From: Candidatus Multivoradales bacterium
GTDB lineage: Bacteria > Acidobacteriota > Thermoanaerobaculia > Multivoradales > Multivoraceae
Direction: 5' to 3'
Length of the DNA stretch: 64,000 bases
Assembly (NCBI GenBank): GCA_965223325.1
Contig: CBDCWI010000002.1
Coordinates: 2,208,001-2,272,000 of the forward strand
Positions 49,601 to 58,926 of the stretch are shown here, piece after piece. Made by a program: the position numbers and the translations under genes. The notes under the pieces are model-generated. The model was given only the letters and a program-made list of their open reading frames with translations. It had not been told where the DNA came from and ran no database searches. The stretch's first letter is position 1. Each line of letters begins with the position of its first letter.

Positions 49601-50365
49601 ATGTTTCGTCGCTTGGGCAATCTAGTGAGGGGTTTCCTCGGTCTGTTCATTTCCGGTATCGAAAAGGCCAACCCGCGAGCGCTGATCGAGGCCGAGAAAG
49701 AGAATCTCCGTAAACAAATCGCCCGCTTCAACGACAGTCTGGCCCAGCACGCCGGCTTCGTCGAAAGCCTGATGCGCCAGATCAAGGCGCAGGAGAAAGC
49801 CGAGGCCGACCTCGCCGCCAAGACGGCCGCGCACTTGAAGCTCGGTCACCAGAAGGTCGCGGGTCAGTACGCCCTACGACTCAAGGACATCAAGGCGCAG
49901 CTCGAGGAGAACCGCAAACAGCTCGAGATGGCCGAACAGACCTACGAGAAGCTGATCAAGTCGCGCGACGTTTCGGTGCGCGACGCACAAGAGAAGATCG
50001 AGTCGCTCCGTCGCATGATCTCCGAGACCGAGATGCTCGAGGCGCAGGCCGAACTGCAGGAAATGGCGACCGGCATGATCACCTCGATCGGCGGTTCGGG
50101 CGACACCCTCAAGCGCGTCGAGGAATACCTGCACGAACGGCGCGACAAGGCTGCCGGGCGCGCCCGCGTCGCCTCCGATTCGGTCGACACCTCTGAGATC
50201 GACCTCATGGAGGCCGAGCAGGAGGCCCTGGGCGACCAGGCACTCGCCGAGTTCGCCGCCGCCTACGGCCTCGACGTGCCGGCACCCGAGGCCGCTGCAC
50301 CAGCGGAAGAGACATCGGCCGCCCCGGTGCGCGACATGGGCCCGACAGAAACAGAATCCAACTAA
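49601..50365 (+). CDS. PspA/IM30 (ESCRT-III superfamily) protein
   Basis: Amphipathic N-terminus MFRRLGNLVRGFLGLFI, IEKANPRALIE (the 'EDP' position), long coiled coil, RVEE..E....A.GRA helix and acidic/Pro tail; GAGGAG RBS. Confidence 0.85.
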   Translation: MFRRLGNLVRGFLGLFISGIEKANPRALIEAEKENLRKQIARFNDSLAQHAGFVESLMRQIKAQEKAEADLAAKTAAHLKLGHQKVAGQYALRLKDIKAQLEENRKQLEMAEQTYEKLIKSRDVSVRDAQEKIESLRRMISETEMLEAQAELQEMATGMITSIGGSGDTLKRVEEYLHERRDKAAGRARVASDSVDTSEIDLMEAEQEALGDQALAEFAAAYGLDVPAPEAAAPAEETSAAPVRDMGPTETESN

Positions 50366-50444
50366 GGATCGGCATTCCGGCCGACCATTCGGCTCGCTAC
50401 GAGTCAGCCTTAGATAGAACGCCAGAAAAACAGAGGACCCAGAC

Positions 50445-52166
50445 ATGTCGGACAACGTAGGACCTACCGTACTGGGGAAGATCGTCATCTTCCTCTTCGT
50501 TCTCGCGCTCCTCGCGGGCGCCGGCTACTTCTTCCGCGAGCAGATCTTCCCCTCAGGCCAGGAAACCGGCGACGTCGACCTCGACGAGTTCCGCGACCAG
50601 GCGGGGACCGTCGAAGCGCCCGACACGGCCGGCATCACGACGGTCAACGAGTACAGCTACGTGCCGTCTGAGAAGCTGCCGCCGGTCTCAGGCGTTTCCA
50701 ACTACAAGTGGGACGCCAACGAGAAGGTCGTCGAGTTTCCGATCAACGTGTGGATCGGCTGGCTCCCGATTGTCGCGGCCAATCACGGTTTCGCCGCCAA
50801 CGAAGACTCGATCTTCTACCGCGACTATGGCTTCAAGGTGAACCTTCGCCTGATCGACGACCCCGTCGTAGCACGCGACGCCTTCGCCGCCGGTGAGAGT
50901 CATGTGCTTTGGGGCACCCTCGACATGATGGTGCTGTTCGCGCCCGAGCTCATGAAGGACTCGCGCACCGCACCGCGCATCTTCCAGCAGATCGATTGGT
51001 CCAACGGCGGCGACGGCATCATCGTGCGCGGCGGCATCGACTCGGTCAAGGACCTCAGGGGCAAGACCGTGGTCTACGCCCAGAACAGCCCATCGCAGTA
51101 CTTCTTGAACAACCTGCTGCTCAACGCCGGCATCCAGCCGAGCGATGTCAAGCACCGCTACACCGGCGACGCCTTCCAGGCCGCGGCCGCCTTCGTTTCA
51201 GACAAGAGCATCGACGCCTGTGTGACCTGGGCTCCCGACATCTACAACATCCCCGATCGTGTCAAGGGAACGAAGATCCTCACGACAACCGTCGAGGCCA
51301 ACAAGCTCATCGCCGACGTCTGGGCGGCGCGTGCCGACTTCGCCAAGGACCACCCGGAGATCATTCAGGGTCTGGTCGACGGCATCTTCAAGGGCATGGA
51401 CCAACTCAAGTCGGACACCTTCAAGTCACAGGCCTTCGCCTGGATGGCCGACGGCTACGGCTTCGCGGTCGACGAGGTCGCTGCGATGGAGGCCGACGCC
51501 CACTCGACCAACTTCGCCGAGAACAAGAACTTCTTCCTCAACCAGAACAACCCCGCCAACTTCGAGCGTACCTGGAAGAACATCACCTTCGTCTACCGCG
51601 AGCTCGGTCTGCTTGGCACGCCCGTGCGTTTCGACGAGGTCATGGATTTCTCGGTGATCCAGAAGACCGACGCTTCGGGGATCTTCAAGAACCAGCGAGA
51701 CGAGTACCGCACCACCTTCGCGCCCACCTCGTACTCGCGGATCAACGCCGAAACCCCGATCCTCACCCAGACGATCCGGATCAACTTCTATCCCAACTCG
51801 GCGAACCTCTACGAACCCAGGCGCGACGAGCTCGGCAACCTGATTCAGGACTCACTCTACGATCCGAACGTCAACAGCACGATCGAGAAGGTCGGGCGGC
51901 TCGCCGGCCAGTATGAGCGCGCAGTGATCGCCGTGGTTGGGCACACCGATGCGTCAATGAAGGGGCGCGGAACGCCTGAAGAGGCTGTTCAGCGCCTATC
52001 GCTCGACCGCGCTCAGGCAGTGCGCGACGCGTTGATCAAGGAGTACAGCTTCGAGCCCGGCAAGTTCGTCGTTGAAGGCATGGGCTGGGACCAGCCCGTC
52101 TCTGGGGACAACCACGCCCTCAATCGCCGAGTTGAGATCTCGGTCTACCCACCCGAAGGTGGCTAG
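50445..52166 (+). CDS. Membrane-anchored NMT1/SsuA-like substrate-binding protein fused to a C-terminal OmpA-like domain
   Basis: N-terminal TM helix; WIGWLP, IDWSNGGDGI, SVKDLRGKTV and DACVTWAP; OmpA motifs VVGHTD, LSLDRAQAV and NRRVEI. Confidence 0.88.
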   Translation: MSDNVGPTVLGKIVIFLFVLALLAGAGYFFREQIFPSGQETGDVDLDEFRDQAGTVEAPDTAGITTVNEYSYVPSEKLPPVSGVSNYKWDANEKVVEFPINVWIGWLPIVAANHGFAANEDSIFYRDYGFKVNLRLIDDPVVARDAFAAGESHVLWGTLDMMVLFAPELMKDSRTAPRIFQQIDWSNGGDGIIVRGGIDSVKDLRGKTVVYAQNSPSQYFLNNLLLNAGIQPSDVKHRYTGDAFQAAAAFVSDKSIDACVTWAPDIYNIPDRVKGTKILTTTVEANKLIADVWAARADFAKDHPEIIQGLVDGIFKGMDQLKSDTFKSQAFAWMADGYGFAVDEVAAMEADAHSTNFAENKNFFLNQNNPANFERTWKNITFVYRELGLLGTPVRFDEVMDFSVIQKTDASGIFKNQRDEYRTTFAPTSYSRINAETPILTQTIRINFYPNSANLYEPRRDELGNLIQDSLYDPNVNSTIEKVGRLAGQYERAVIAVVGHTDASMKGRGTPEEAVQRLSLDRAQAVRDALIKEYSFEPGKFVVEGMGWDQPVSGDNHALNRRVEISVYPPEGG

Positions 52167-52195
52167 GCCATAGCCGACACGCCAGGAACCAAGAG

Positions 52196-53182
52196 TTGAC
52201 CACAGAGCAAGACCCACTCGCGTCGGAGGCTAAAGCTGCACGCGACGGAATCGGGGCGCACCTCGGCGACCCCGATGTGGTCGAAGCCGAAGCAGCTGAA
52301 CTCGCCGCCGAGGCCCCAGAAACATCTGGCGACGACGCCAACGACGGAGAAGAAACTGCCGGCACATCGGAAGGTCACGGCTTCCTGGTCGTTCGCGAGC
52401 ACATCCCGATGTGGATGTATTGGGTCCTCGGGATCATTCCGATCCTCCTCCTGTTTCTCGGCTGGTGGCTGCTGACTGGCAGCGGACCGGCCGAAGAGCG
52501 CATCATCTCTCCCACCATCCTGCCCAGCCCGCTAGAGGTCGCGCAGTCGTTCAAGCAGCTGTGGTTCGAGCGTGCGCTGACCCGCAATACCTTGATCTCC
52601 TTGCGGCGCGTCGCGCTCGGCTTCGCCGTCGGTACGGCGATCGCCTTTCCGCTCGGTCTCTTCATGGGTTCGTTCACCAAGATCAGGGCGCTCTTCAACC
52701 CGCTTGCCACCCTCGGTGCCTATCTGCCGATCCCAGCGCTCGTTCCGCTCACTCTTTCTCTCCTGGGAACAGGAGAGCGGCAGAAGGTCGGTTTTCTGGC
52801 GCTCGCCTTCCTGATCTACTTGTTGCCACTGATCGTCGCGGCGGTCGACAAGGTCGACGACGTGTTCGTCAAAACGGCACTCACCCTCGGCGCTAGCAAG
52901 TGGCAAGTAGTGAGCAGGGTGTTGTTCGGCGTTTCGTGGGCCGACATCTACCAGTCACTGCGCCTGGGCTTCGGTATCGGCTGGAGCTACATTCTGCTGG
53001 CCGAGATGGTCGACATTGGCCAGGGTCTGGGCGGCATCATCATGACCTCGCAACGCCGTGGACCCCGTGAGCACATCTACCTGGTGTTGCTGGTGATCAT
53101 CGCCATCGCCTTCGTCACCGATCGCATCTGGGCCGCTATCGGTGAGTACCTGTTCCCCTATCGCCGGCGGAGAAAAGCGTGA
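52196..53182 (+). CDS. ABC transporter permease (NitT/TauT/SsuC family)
   Basis: ILPSPLEV, SLRRVALGF, LPIPALVPL, EAA-like TALTLGASKWQ and WSYILLAEM. Confidence 0.9.
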   Translation: MTTEQDPLASEAKAARDGIGAHLGDPDVVEAEAAELAAEAPETSGDDANDGEETAGTSEGHGFLVVREHIPMWMYWVLGIIPILLLFLGWWLLTGSGPAEERIISPTILPSPLEVAQSFKQLWFERALTRNTLISLRRVALGFAVGTAIAFPLGLFMGSFTKIRALFNPLATLGAYLPIPALVPLTLSLLGTGERQKVGFLALAFLIYLLPLIVAAVDKVDDVFVKTALTLGASKWQVVSRVLFGVSWADIYQSLRLGFGIGWSYILLAEMVDIGQGLGGIIMTSQRRGPREHIYLVLLVIIAIAFVTDRIWAAIGEYLFPYRRRRKA

Positions 53183-54057
53183 GCCTCACCAGCAACGAAG
53201 GTAGCGCCCCGACCAGCGCACAGTCTACCGAGGTTTCCGAACCGCCGGTCGTCGAGTTCAGGGGTGTCGAGAAGACCTTCAACCCCGGGACCAGAAAGGC
53301 CTTCACCGCCATCAAGAACGTCGACTTCACAGTCGAAGATCGGCCCGGTGAGGGTGAGTTCATCGCCCTCGTGGGCCCCTCGGGGTGCGGCAAGTCGACC
53401 ATTCTCAATCTGATTCAGGGCTTCGACGACGTCTACCCGCCAACCAAGGGCGAGGTGCTGGTGCGCGGCAAGAAGGTCTTAGGGCCCGGCCGCGACCGCG
53501 GCATGATCTTTCAGCGCTACAGCTCCTTCCCCCATCTCACCGTGCTGCAGAACGTTACCTTTGGTCTCGAGATCGCACCCGAGAGCGACCTTTCGAAGAC
53601 GGCCATGCGCAACATGGCCCGCGAGTGGATTCGAAAGGTCGGCCTCGAAGGGCACGAGAGCAAGTATCCGCACCAACTCTCGGGCGGGCAGCAGCAGCGA
53701 GTTGCCATCGCGCGTAGCCTGGTAGTCAAGCCACGCATCATCTTGATGGACGAACCCTTCTCGGCACTCGATGAACCAACTCGCTACGACATGCAACAAC
53801 TCGTCACCCACCTCTGGCACGAGATCGAGGCGACGGTCTTCCTCGTCACCCACTCCTTGTCTGAGGCGGTCTACCTGGGCGATAGAGTGTGGATCATGTC
53901 GCGCCACCCCGGCACCATCGCCTATCGCTTCCGCGACATTATTCCCCCTCGCATCGACCGCGACCCCGTCGAGGTTCAAACCTCCGACGACTTCAAGTCG
54001 GCGGTGCGAGAGGTCGCCTCTGTCTTCCGCGAGATCGAAGCCGGGCGCACTCCCTAA
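53179..54057 (+). CDS. ABC transporter ATP-binding protein (NitT/TauT family)
   Basis: GPSGCGKS, LSGGQQQR, ILMDEPFSALD and VTHSLSEAVYLGDR; GTGA overlap with the permease. Confidence 0.93.
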   Translation: MSLTSNEGSAPTSAQSTEVSEPPVVEFRGVEKTFNPGTRKAFTAIKNVDFTVEDRPGEGEFIALVGPSGCGKSTILNLIQGFDDVYPPTKGEVLVRGKKVLGPGRDRGMIFQRYSSFPHLTVLQNVTFGLEIAPESDLSKTAMRNMAREWIRKVGLEGHESKYPHQLSGGQQQRVAIARSLVVKPRIILMDEPFSALDEPTRYDMQQLVTHLWHEIEATVFLVTHSLSEAVYLGDRVWIMSRHPGTIAYRFRDIIPPRIDRDPVEVQTSDDFKSAVREVASVFREIEAGRTP

Positions 54058-54070
54058 GGTCCAAAGCCAG

Positions 54071-54961
54071 ATGTCTGCTCCACCCATCGGTTTCTTTGGC
54101 TACGTCAAAGAAGCATTCTTCTGGCGCACCCCGACACCAGGGCTCGGTCATCTGCCGCTCAACCTCGGCGCCCTGGCGGTCTTTGGAGTGCTCGGCATCG
54201 CCAATCCGGGGTTCTGGCTGCTCGGTGGCGCCCTCGAACTCGCCTACCTGACCGGCATGGCGTCCAGTAGGCGCTTCCAGCGCGTCGTCCAGGGGCGCCG
54301 CTCCCTGGCACGCCAACGCCAGGAGGAGACCAAGCTCGGCGCCGCGATCACCCGCCTCACACTCGAGAGCCAGCGCCGCTACCACTCGCTCCTCGCCCAG
54401 TGCCGCGACATCGCCGGCATCTCGGCAACCCTCGACGACGGTGCGGGCATGACTTCGCTGCGCAAGCTACGCACTGGCGGCCTGAACCAGATGCTGTGGA
54501 TTTATCTACGGCTTCTGACCTCGCGCGAGGTCCTCGTGCAAACCCTCGAGCACACCGACCGCGAGTCGGTCGAGCGTGAGATCCAGGGCCTCACCGAACG
54601 CCTCGACGCGACCGATCCAGAAACCACGCTCGCTCGTTCGCTTACCGCATCGCTAGACATACAGCAGAAGCGGTTGGCCAACCTCGACCGGTCGACCGAA
54701 AGTCTCCACGTCCTCGAAGCCGAGCTCGTCCGCATCGAGTCGCAGGTCGCTTTGATTCGCGAAGAAATGGCAGTCTCCGGCAAGGCCGAAGCGCTTTCAG
54801 GTCGCGTCGACAGTGTCGCTGAGGCACTGGACGAGACCAACCGCTGGATGGAACAGAACGCCGACATCTTCTCGGGCCTGGAAGGCCTCGAAGAACCGCG
54901 TCTGGAGGACCTGCCGTCGACGACGCCACCGGTTCCACGCTACGAGGGCGAACGTTCATGA
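54071..54961 (+). CDS. Hypothetical protein with an N-terminal membrane hairpin and long coiled coil
   Basis: ATG 13 bp after the ABC ATPase stop; hydrophobic LNLGALAVFGVLGIANPGFWLLGGALELAYL followed by heptad-rich helices. Confidence 0.75.
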   Translation: MSAPPIGFFGYVKEAFFWRTPTPGLGHLPLNLGALAVFGVLGIANPGFWLLGGALELAYLTGMASSRRFQRVVQGRRSLARQRQEETKLGAAITRLTLESQRRYHSLLAQCRDIAGISATLDDGAGMTSLRKLRTGGLNQMLWIYLRLLTSREVLVQTLEHTDRESVEREIQGLTERLDATDPETTLARSLTASLDIQQKRLANLDRSTESLHVLEAELVRIESQVALIREEMAVSGKAEALSGRVDSVAEALDETNRWMEQNADIFSGLEGLEEPRLEDLPSTTPPVPRYEGERS

Positions 54962-56787
54962 TGGAGAAGGGCGAGAAGTCGTCTCTGGAGCTTCCTGGGT
55001 GGGCCGAAGAGATGCGACGCCTCTTCCGCTCTGGGACCTGCTCACAGTTCGTTCTCTATGGCTCGGTGCACGATCTGGTGGCGCTCGAGACCAGAGGCGG
55101 GAAAGCCGGCCAACGACAGTACGTCGCTCTGCGGACCTTCCTCACCGAGCGCATGTTTCAGCCTTTCGACGTGGTCATTCACTACGATCGCGGTCGCGGC
55201 ATTCGAGTCAAGAAGGGAGCTGGCCACTTCCATCGGTTCCTGGAGGCGTTCGACGCTTTTCAAGGCACCAATTGGGCGAAACTCCCCAGCGAAGCGGTCG
55301 GCGAATCACTCAACCTGGCCAATACCTTGCCGCGCGACCCGCCGCGGGCACTCGAGCTCCTCAACCGTTTCCTGCGTGGCAGCCAGTCCCTGACCGACGC
55401 CGACGAAGACGGCGCTCGACACCCGGCGCCGTTGTCGGTCGCCCTGGTGATCGACCATGCCGAGTACATCGCACCGCGGGCCGATGCGCTCCAGATGTCC
55501 TCGGAACACAGCCAGGCCCTCATTCAGCTGCTCGACTGGGCCAGTGACCCGGACCTCACCAAAGCCGTGGTGTCGACGGTTCTGATCACTGACACGCTCG
55601 GCGACCTGACGCAGGACCTGGTCGAGAACCCCTACAACTCCAAGCTCGAGGTCGAGCTTCCGAACACCGAAGAGATCGAGCGCTACGTCGAAGACCTGGT
55701 TGCCGACGAACCCGAATTCGAGCGCCTCTCTGAACTCGCCCCGCCAGCGCTGGCGGCCAAGCTCCTCGGCCTCACCAGGGTCAACGTGCGCAGTTTGATC
55801 CTGCGTGCCCTGCGCAACGACGAGCCGCTCGACTCGAAGTACCTCTCCGAACTGCGCAAGGAGCTGATCGAAAAGCAGGCCTCGGGACTGATCGAGTTCA
55901 TCGAGTCGAAGCGCACCTTGGACGACGTCGCCGGTCACGTCGAAGCCAAGGCCTGGCTTCGGCAAGACGCCGAGCTCTTGCGTCGCGGTCGCATTCGGGC
56001 CCTCCCGATGGGCTACCTGCTTGCCGGCCGCATCGGCACAGGAAAGACCTACCTGGTCACCTGCCTGGCAGGCGAAGTCGGTGTCCCGGTCGTCGAGCTC
56101 AAGAACTTTCGCGACAAGTGGGTAGGCGCTACCGAAGGCAACCTGGAGAAGATCTTCGCGATCCTGGAAGCCCTCGGTCAAGTGATCGTCTTCGTCGACG
56201 AGGCCGACCAGGCGACTGGGAAACGCAGCGGTGGCGGCGGGGGCGACGGCGGGCTCTCCGGGCGCATCTACGGCATGCTCGCCAAGAAGATGAGTGACAC
56301 CGCCAACCGCGGCAAGATCGTCTGGATCTTCGCCACCAGCCGGCCAGATCTTCTCGAGGTCGACCTCAAGCGGCAGGGCCGCCTCGACGTCCACATCCCG
56401 CTCTTTCCACCGCAGGATCCCGAGAGTCGCCAGGAGCTGTTTGCCGCGATGGCACGAAAGGTCGGAGTGGACTTCGGCGGTGAGCTACCCGAACTGCCCG
56501 ACAACCCTCAGATCGGCGGCAACGAAATGGAAGGCATCCTGGTGCGGACGCTGCGGCTCTGGGAGACTCGAACAGACGACGAGAAGCGCACCCTTTCCGA
56601 GATCGCCAGCGAAGTGATCGCCGAGTTCCGGCCGTCGGCACACGTCGAGCGGTTGAAGATGATGGATCTCCTAGCGGTCAAGGAGTGCACCGACGACCGC
56701 TTCCTGCCGCCGCGCTTCCGCGAAATGGATCTCGGCGAGGTCAATCGCCGCATCCAGGAGCTCAAGTTCTCGATCGGAGAGGACTAG
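54958..56787 (+). CDS. Classical-clade AAA+ ATPase with a degenerate N-terminal P-loop-like domain
   Basis: Walker A GRIGTGKT, pore loop DKWVGATE, Walker B VFVDEAD, SRH ATSRPDLLEVDLKRQGRLD; ATGA overlap with the previous gene. Confidence 0.88.
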   Translation: MMEKGEKSSLELPGWAEEMRRLFRSGTCSQFVLYGSVHDLVALETRGGKAGQRQYVALRTFLTERMFQPFDVVIHYDRGRGIRVKKGAGHFHRFLEAFDAFQGTNWAKLPSEAVGESLNLANTLPRDPPRALELLNRFLRGSQSLTDADEDGARHPAPLSVALVIDHAEYIAPRADALQMSSEHSQALIQLLDWASDPDLTKAVVSTVLITDTLGDLTQDLVENPYNSKLEVELPNTEEIERYVEDLVADEPEFERLSELAPPALAAKLLGLTRVNVRSLILRALRNDEPLDSKYLSELRKELIEKQASGLIEFIESKRTLDDVAGHVEAKAWLRQDAELLRRGRIRALPMGYLLAGRIGTGKTYLVTCLAGEVGVPVVELKNFRDKWVGATEGNLEKIFAILEALGQVIVFVDEADQATGKRSGGGGGDGGLSGRIYGMLAKKMSDTANRGKIVWIFATSRPDLLEVDLKRQGRLDVHIPLFPPQDPESRQELFAAMARKVGVDFGGELPELPDNPQIGGNEMEGILVRTLRLWETRTDDEKRTLSEIASEVIAEFRPSAHVERLKMMDLLAVKECTDDRFLPPRFREMDLGEVNRRIQELKFSIGED

Positions 56788-56900
56788 CAGCCTCCCAGAC
56801 CCCGGGACCGATCCGGTAGGCTTCCCTGTCGAATTTGTCCACGTCTTAGAGGAATGGCACGCGAGACTGCCTGCCAGCCTCATGTGTTTCAGGAGAAGTC

Positions 56901-58643
56901 ATGCTCACCAAGACGACCCGCTTCGGGTCCTTTGGCCTTCTTGCCGTCGCCGCTGTCGCCGCATCCACCTGGCTCGTAGCCGGTTGCACGCCAGATGAAA
57001 GTGAAAGCCCCCTGGCCACGACCGACACAGAGTCGGCCGGCACCCTCGACACCACCCTGCCGGCTGCAATCGGCGACGCCGAGGCTCTTGTCACCGCCGA
57101 GCTTCTACGAACACATGTCGCCGCCCTCGCCGACGACGCAATGGCGGGCCGTGCGCCGGGGACCGAAGGCGACCGGATGGCGCAGCACTATCTGATTCGG
57201 GAGATGCAGGGCATCGGCCTCGAACCGGCAGGGCCAGGAGGAGAATGGCTGCAACCGTTCGACATCGTCGGCATCACGGCAGAGGTTCCGAAGACCTGGA
57301 GTTTCGCCACCAAGAATGGCGAAATGACCATGGTCAGGAACGACGAGTTCGTCGTCTTCAGCGGCTCGCAGAGCGACCGCGCCGCGATCGAGAACGCCGA
57401 GCTGGTGTTCGTGGGCTACGGGATCGAAGCGCCAGAGTACGGCTGGGACGATTTCGGCGATGCCGACCTCTCCGGCAAGGTGTTGGTGATGATGAACAAC
57501 GACCCCGACTGGGATGACGATCTCTTCGCCGGTGACCGCCGCCTGTTCTACGGCCGCTGGGTCTACAAGTACGAAAGCGCCGCCCGCCAGGGCGCCGTGG
57601 GCGCCATCGTCATCCACACCACGCCTTCAGCCGGCTACCCGTGGCAGGTCGTCACCAGCTCCTGGACCGGCGAACAGGTCGAACTGCCAGCCGGCCAGGA
57701 GCCGCGCCTCGCCATCGGCGCCTGGACGACCGAAGACGCGACCCGTCGCCTCTTCAAGCAGGCCGGTTTCGACCTCGACACCCTGCGCGAAGAGGCGCGA
57801 AGCGCTGACTTTTCCCCAGTCCCCCTGGGAATTACCACCTCTCTGGCGATCGAGAATTCGATCAACCGCACCGAAACCGCCAACGTCCTTGGTTTGCTGC
57901 CCGCTAGCGACGCCGATCTGAGTGACCAATACGTCGTCTACAGCGCGCACTACGACCATCTCGGAAACTCCGGCGAAGGCTCCGATTCGATCTACAACGG
58001 TGCCCTCGACAACGCTGCCGGGACCTCCACCGTTCTCGCCATCGCCCGGGCCATGGCGGCTCTCCCCGAGCGCCCGCGCCGCTCCACCATCTTCGCCTTC
58101 GTCGGCGCCGAAGAGTCGGGCCTCCTGGGCTCGAGGTTCTATGCCGAGAACCCCACCGTGCCGCCCGGCAGAATGGTCGCTAATCTCAACTTCGACGGCG
58201 GCAACATCTGGGGCCGCACCGAAGACGTCACCTTCATCGGTTACGGAAAGTCCTCTCTAGATGCCGTCGTCGAAGCCTTTGCCGCTCAACAGGGCCGCAC
58301 CGTGCAAGGCGACCAGTTCCCCGACCGCGGCTTCTTCTACCGCTCCGACCAGTTCAATTTCGCCAAGATCGGCGTCCCCGCCATCTACCTCGACACCGGC
58401 ACCCGCTTCCGCGATCGCGACGAGAACTGGGGCCGAGAGCAAATCGAGGCCTGGGAGGCCCAGCACTACCACCAGCCCAGCGACGAACTCGTCGACTCCT
58501 GGAACTGGGAGGGCATGGTCGAAGACACCGTCCTCGGCCTACGCGCCGGAGTCTGGATCGCCAACCAGGAGAGCCAACCAACCTGGAACCCAGGCGACGA
58601 GTTCGAAGCCGCCAGACAAGAAGCCCTGGCCGCCATTCAGTAG
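56901..58643 (+). CDS. M28-family peptidase with PA domain, probable lipoprotein
   Basis: Lipobox LVAGC; SAHYDHLG, YNGALDNAAG, AEESGLLGS, YRSDQ and YHQPSDE motifs. Confidence 0.9.
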   Translation: MLTKTTRFGSFGLLAVAAVAASTWLVAGCTPDESESPLATTDTESAGTLDTTLPAAIGDAEALVTAELLRTHVAALADDAMAGRAPGTEGDRMAQHYLIREMQGIGLEPAGPGGEWLQPFDIVGITAEVPKTWSFATKNGEMTMVRNDEFVVFSGSQSDRAAIENAELVFVGYGIEAPEYGWDDFGDADLSGKVLVMMNNDPDWDDDLFAGDRRLFYGRWVYKYESAARQGAVGAIVIHTTPSAGYPWQVVTSSWTGEQVELPAGQEPRLAIGAWTTEDATRRLFKQAGFDLDTLREEARSADFSPVPLGITTSLAIENSINRTETANVLGLLPASDADLSDQYVVYSAHYDHLGNSGEGSDSIYNGALDNAAGTSTVLAIARAMAALPERPRRSTIFAFVGAEESGLLGSRFYAENPTVPPGRMVANLNFDGGNIWGRTEDVTFIGYGKSSLDAVVEAFAAQQGRTVQGDQFPDRGFFYRSDQFNFAKIGVPAIYLDTGTRFRDRDENWGREQIEAWEAQHYHQPSDELVDSWNWEGMVEDTVLGLRAGVWIANQESQPTWNPGDEFEAARQEALAAIQ

Positions 58644-58926
58644 GCGCACCGCAAGGTCAGCCCACCGGCTACTCGAGAGGCGAAGAGTAGTAGCGCGAGA
58701 AGTGTGAACGCACGAGGCCGCACTCGAGCAAGAAAGTCTCGGAGATCGAGCGCGTCCTCGAGGAGTTTTCAGAACCCGCGGAGCTTCATCGCGGTGCCGC
58801 TCCAAGCTGGCCACGAGCGGTACAACCACTCCTCGAGCTCTCCGGAACGAATCATCTCCGTGGGGTCTTTGACCGCCAGCGCAGCCAAGACGCTCCTCGC
58901 ACTCTTTGAAGCGGTTTCGGGTAGAG

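Noticed and set aside
56855-56870. Sigma54 promoter upstream of the M28 peptidase (TGGCAC...TGC)
   Set aside because: GG-to-GC spacing is 11 bp rather than the required 10.
56901-58643. M28 peptidase as part of the PspA operon
   Set aside because: A 113-bp gap, its own RBS and membership of a very common standalone family; linkage cannot be supported without synteny data.
58644-58926. Short ORFs between the M28 peptidase and the methyltransferase
   Set aside because: No RBS, motif or coding-like pattern; treated as intergenic.
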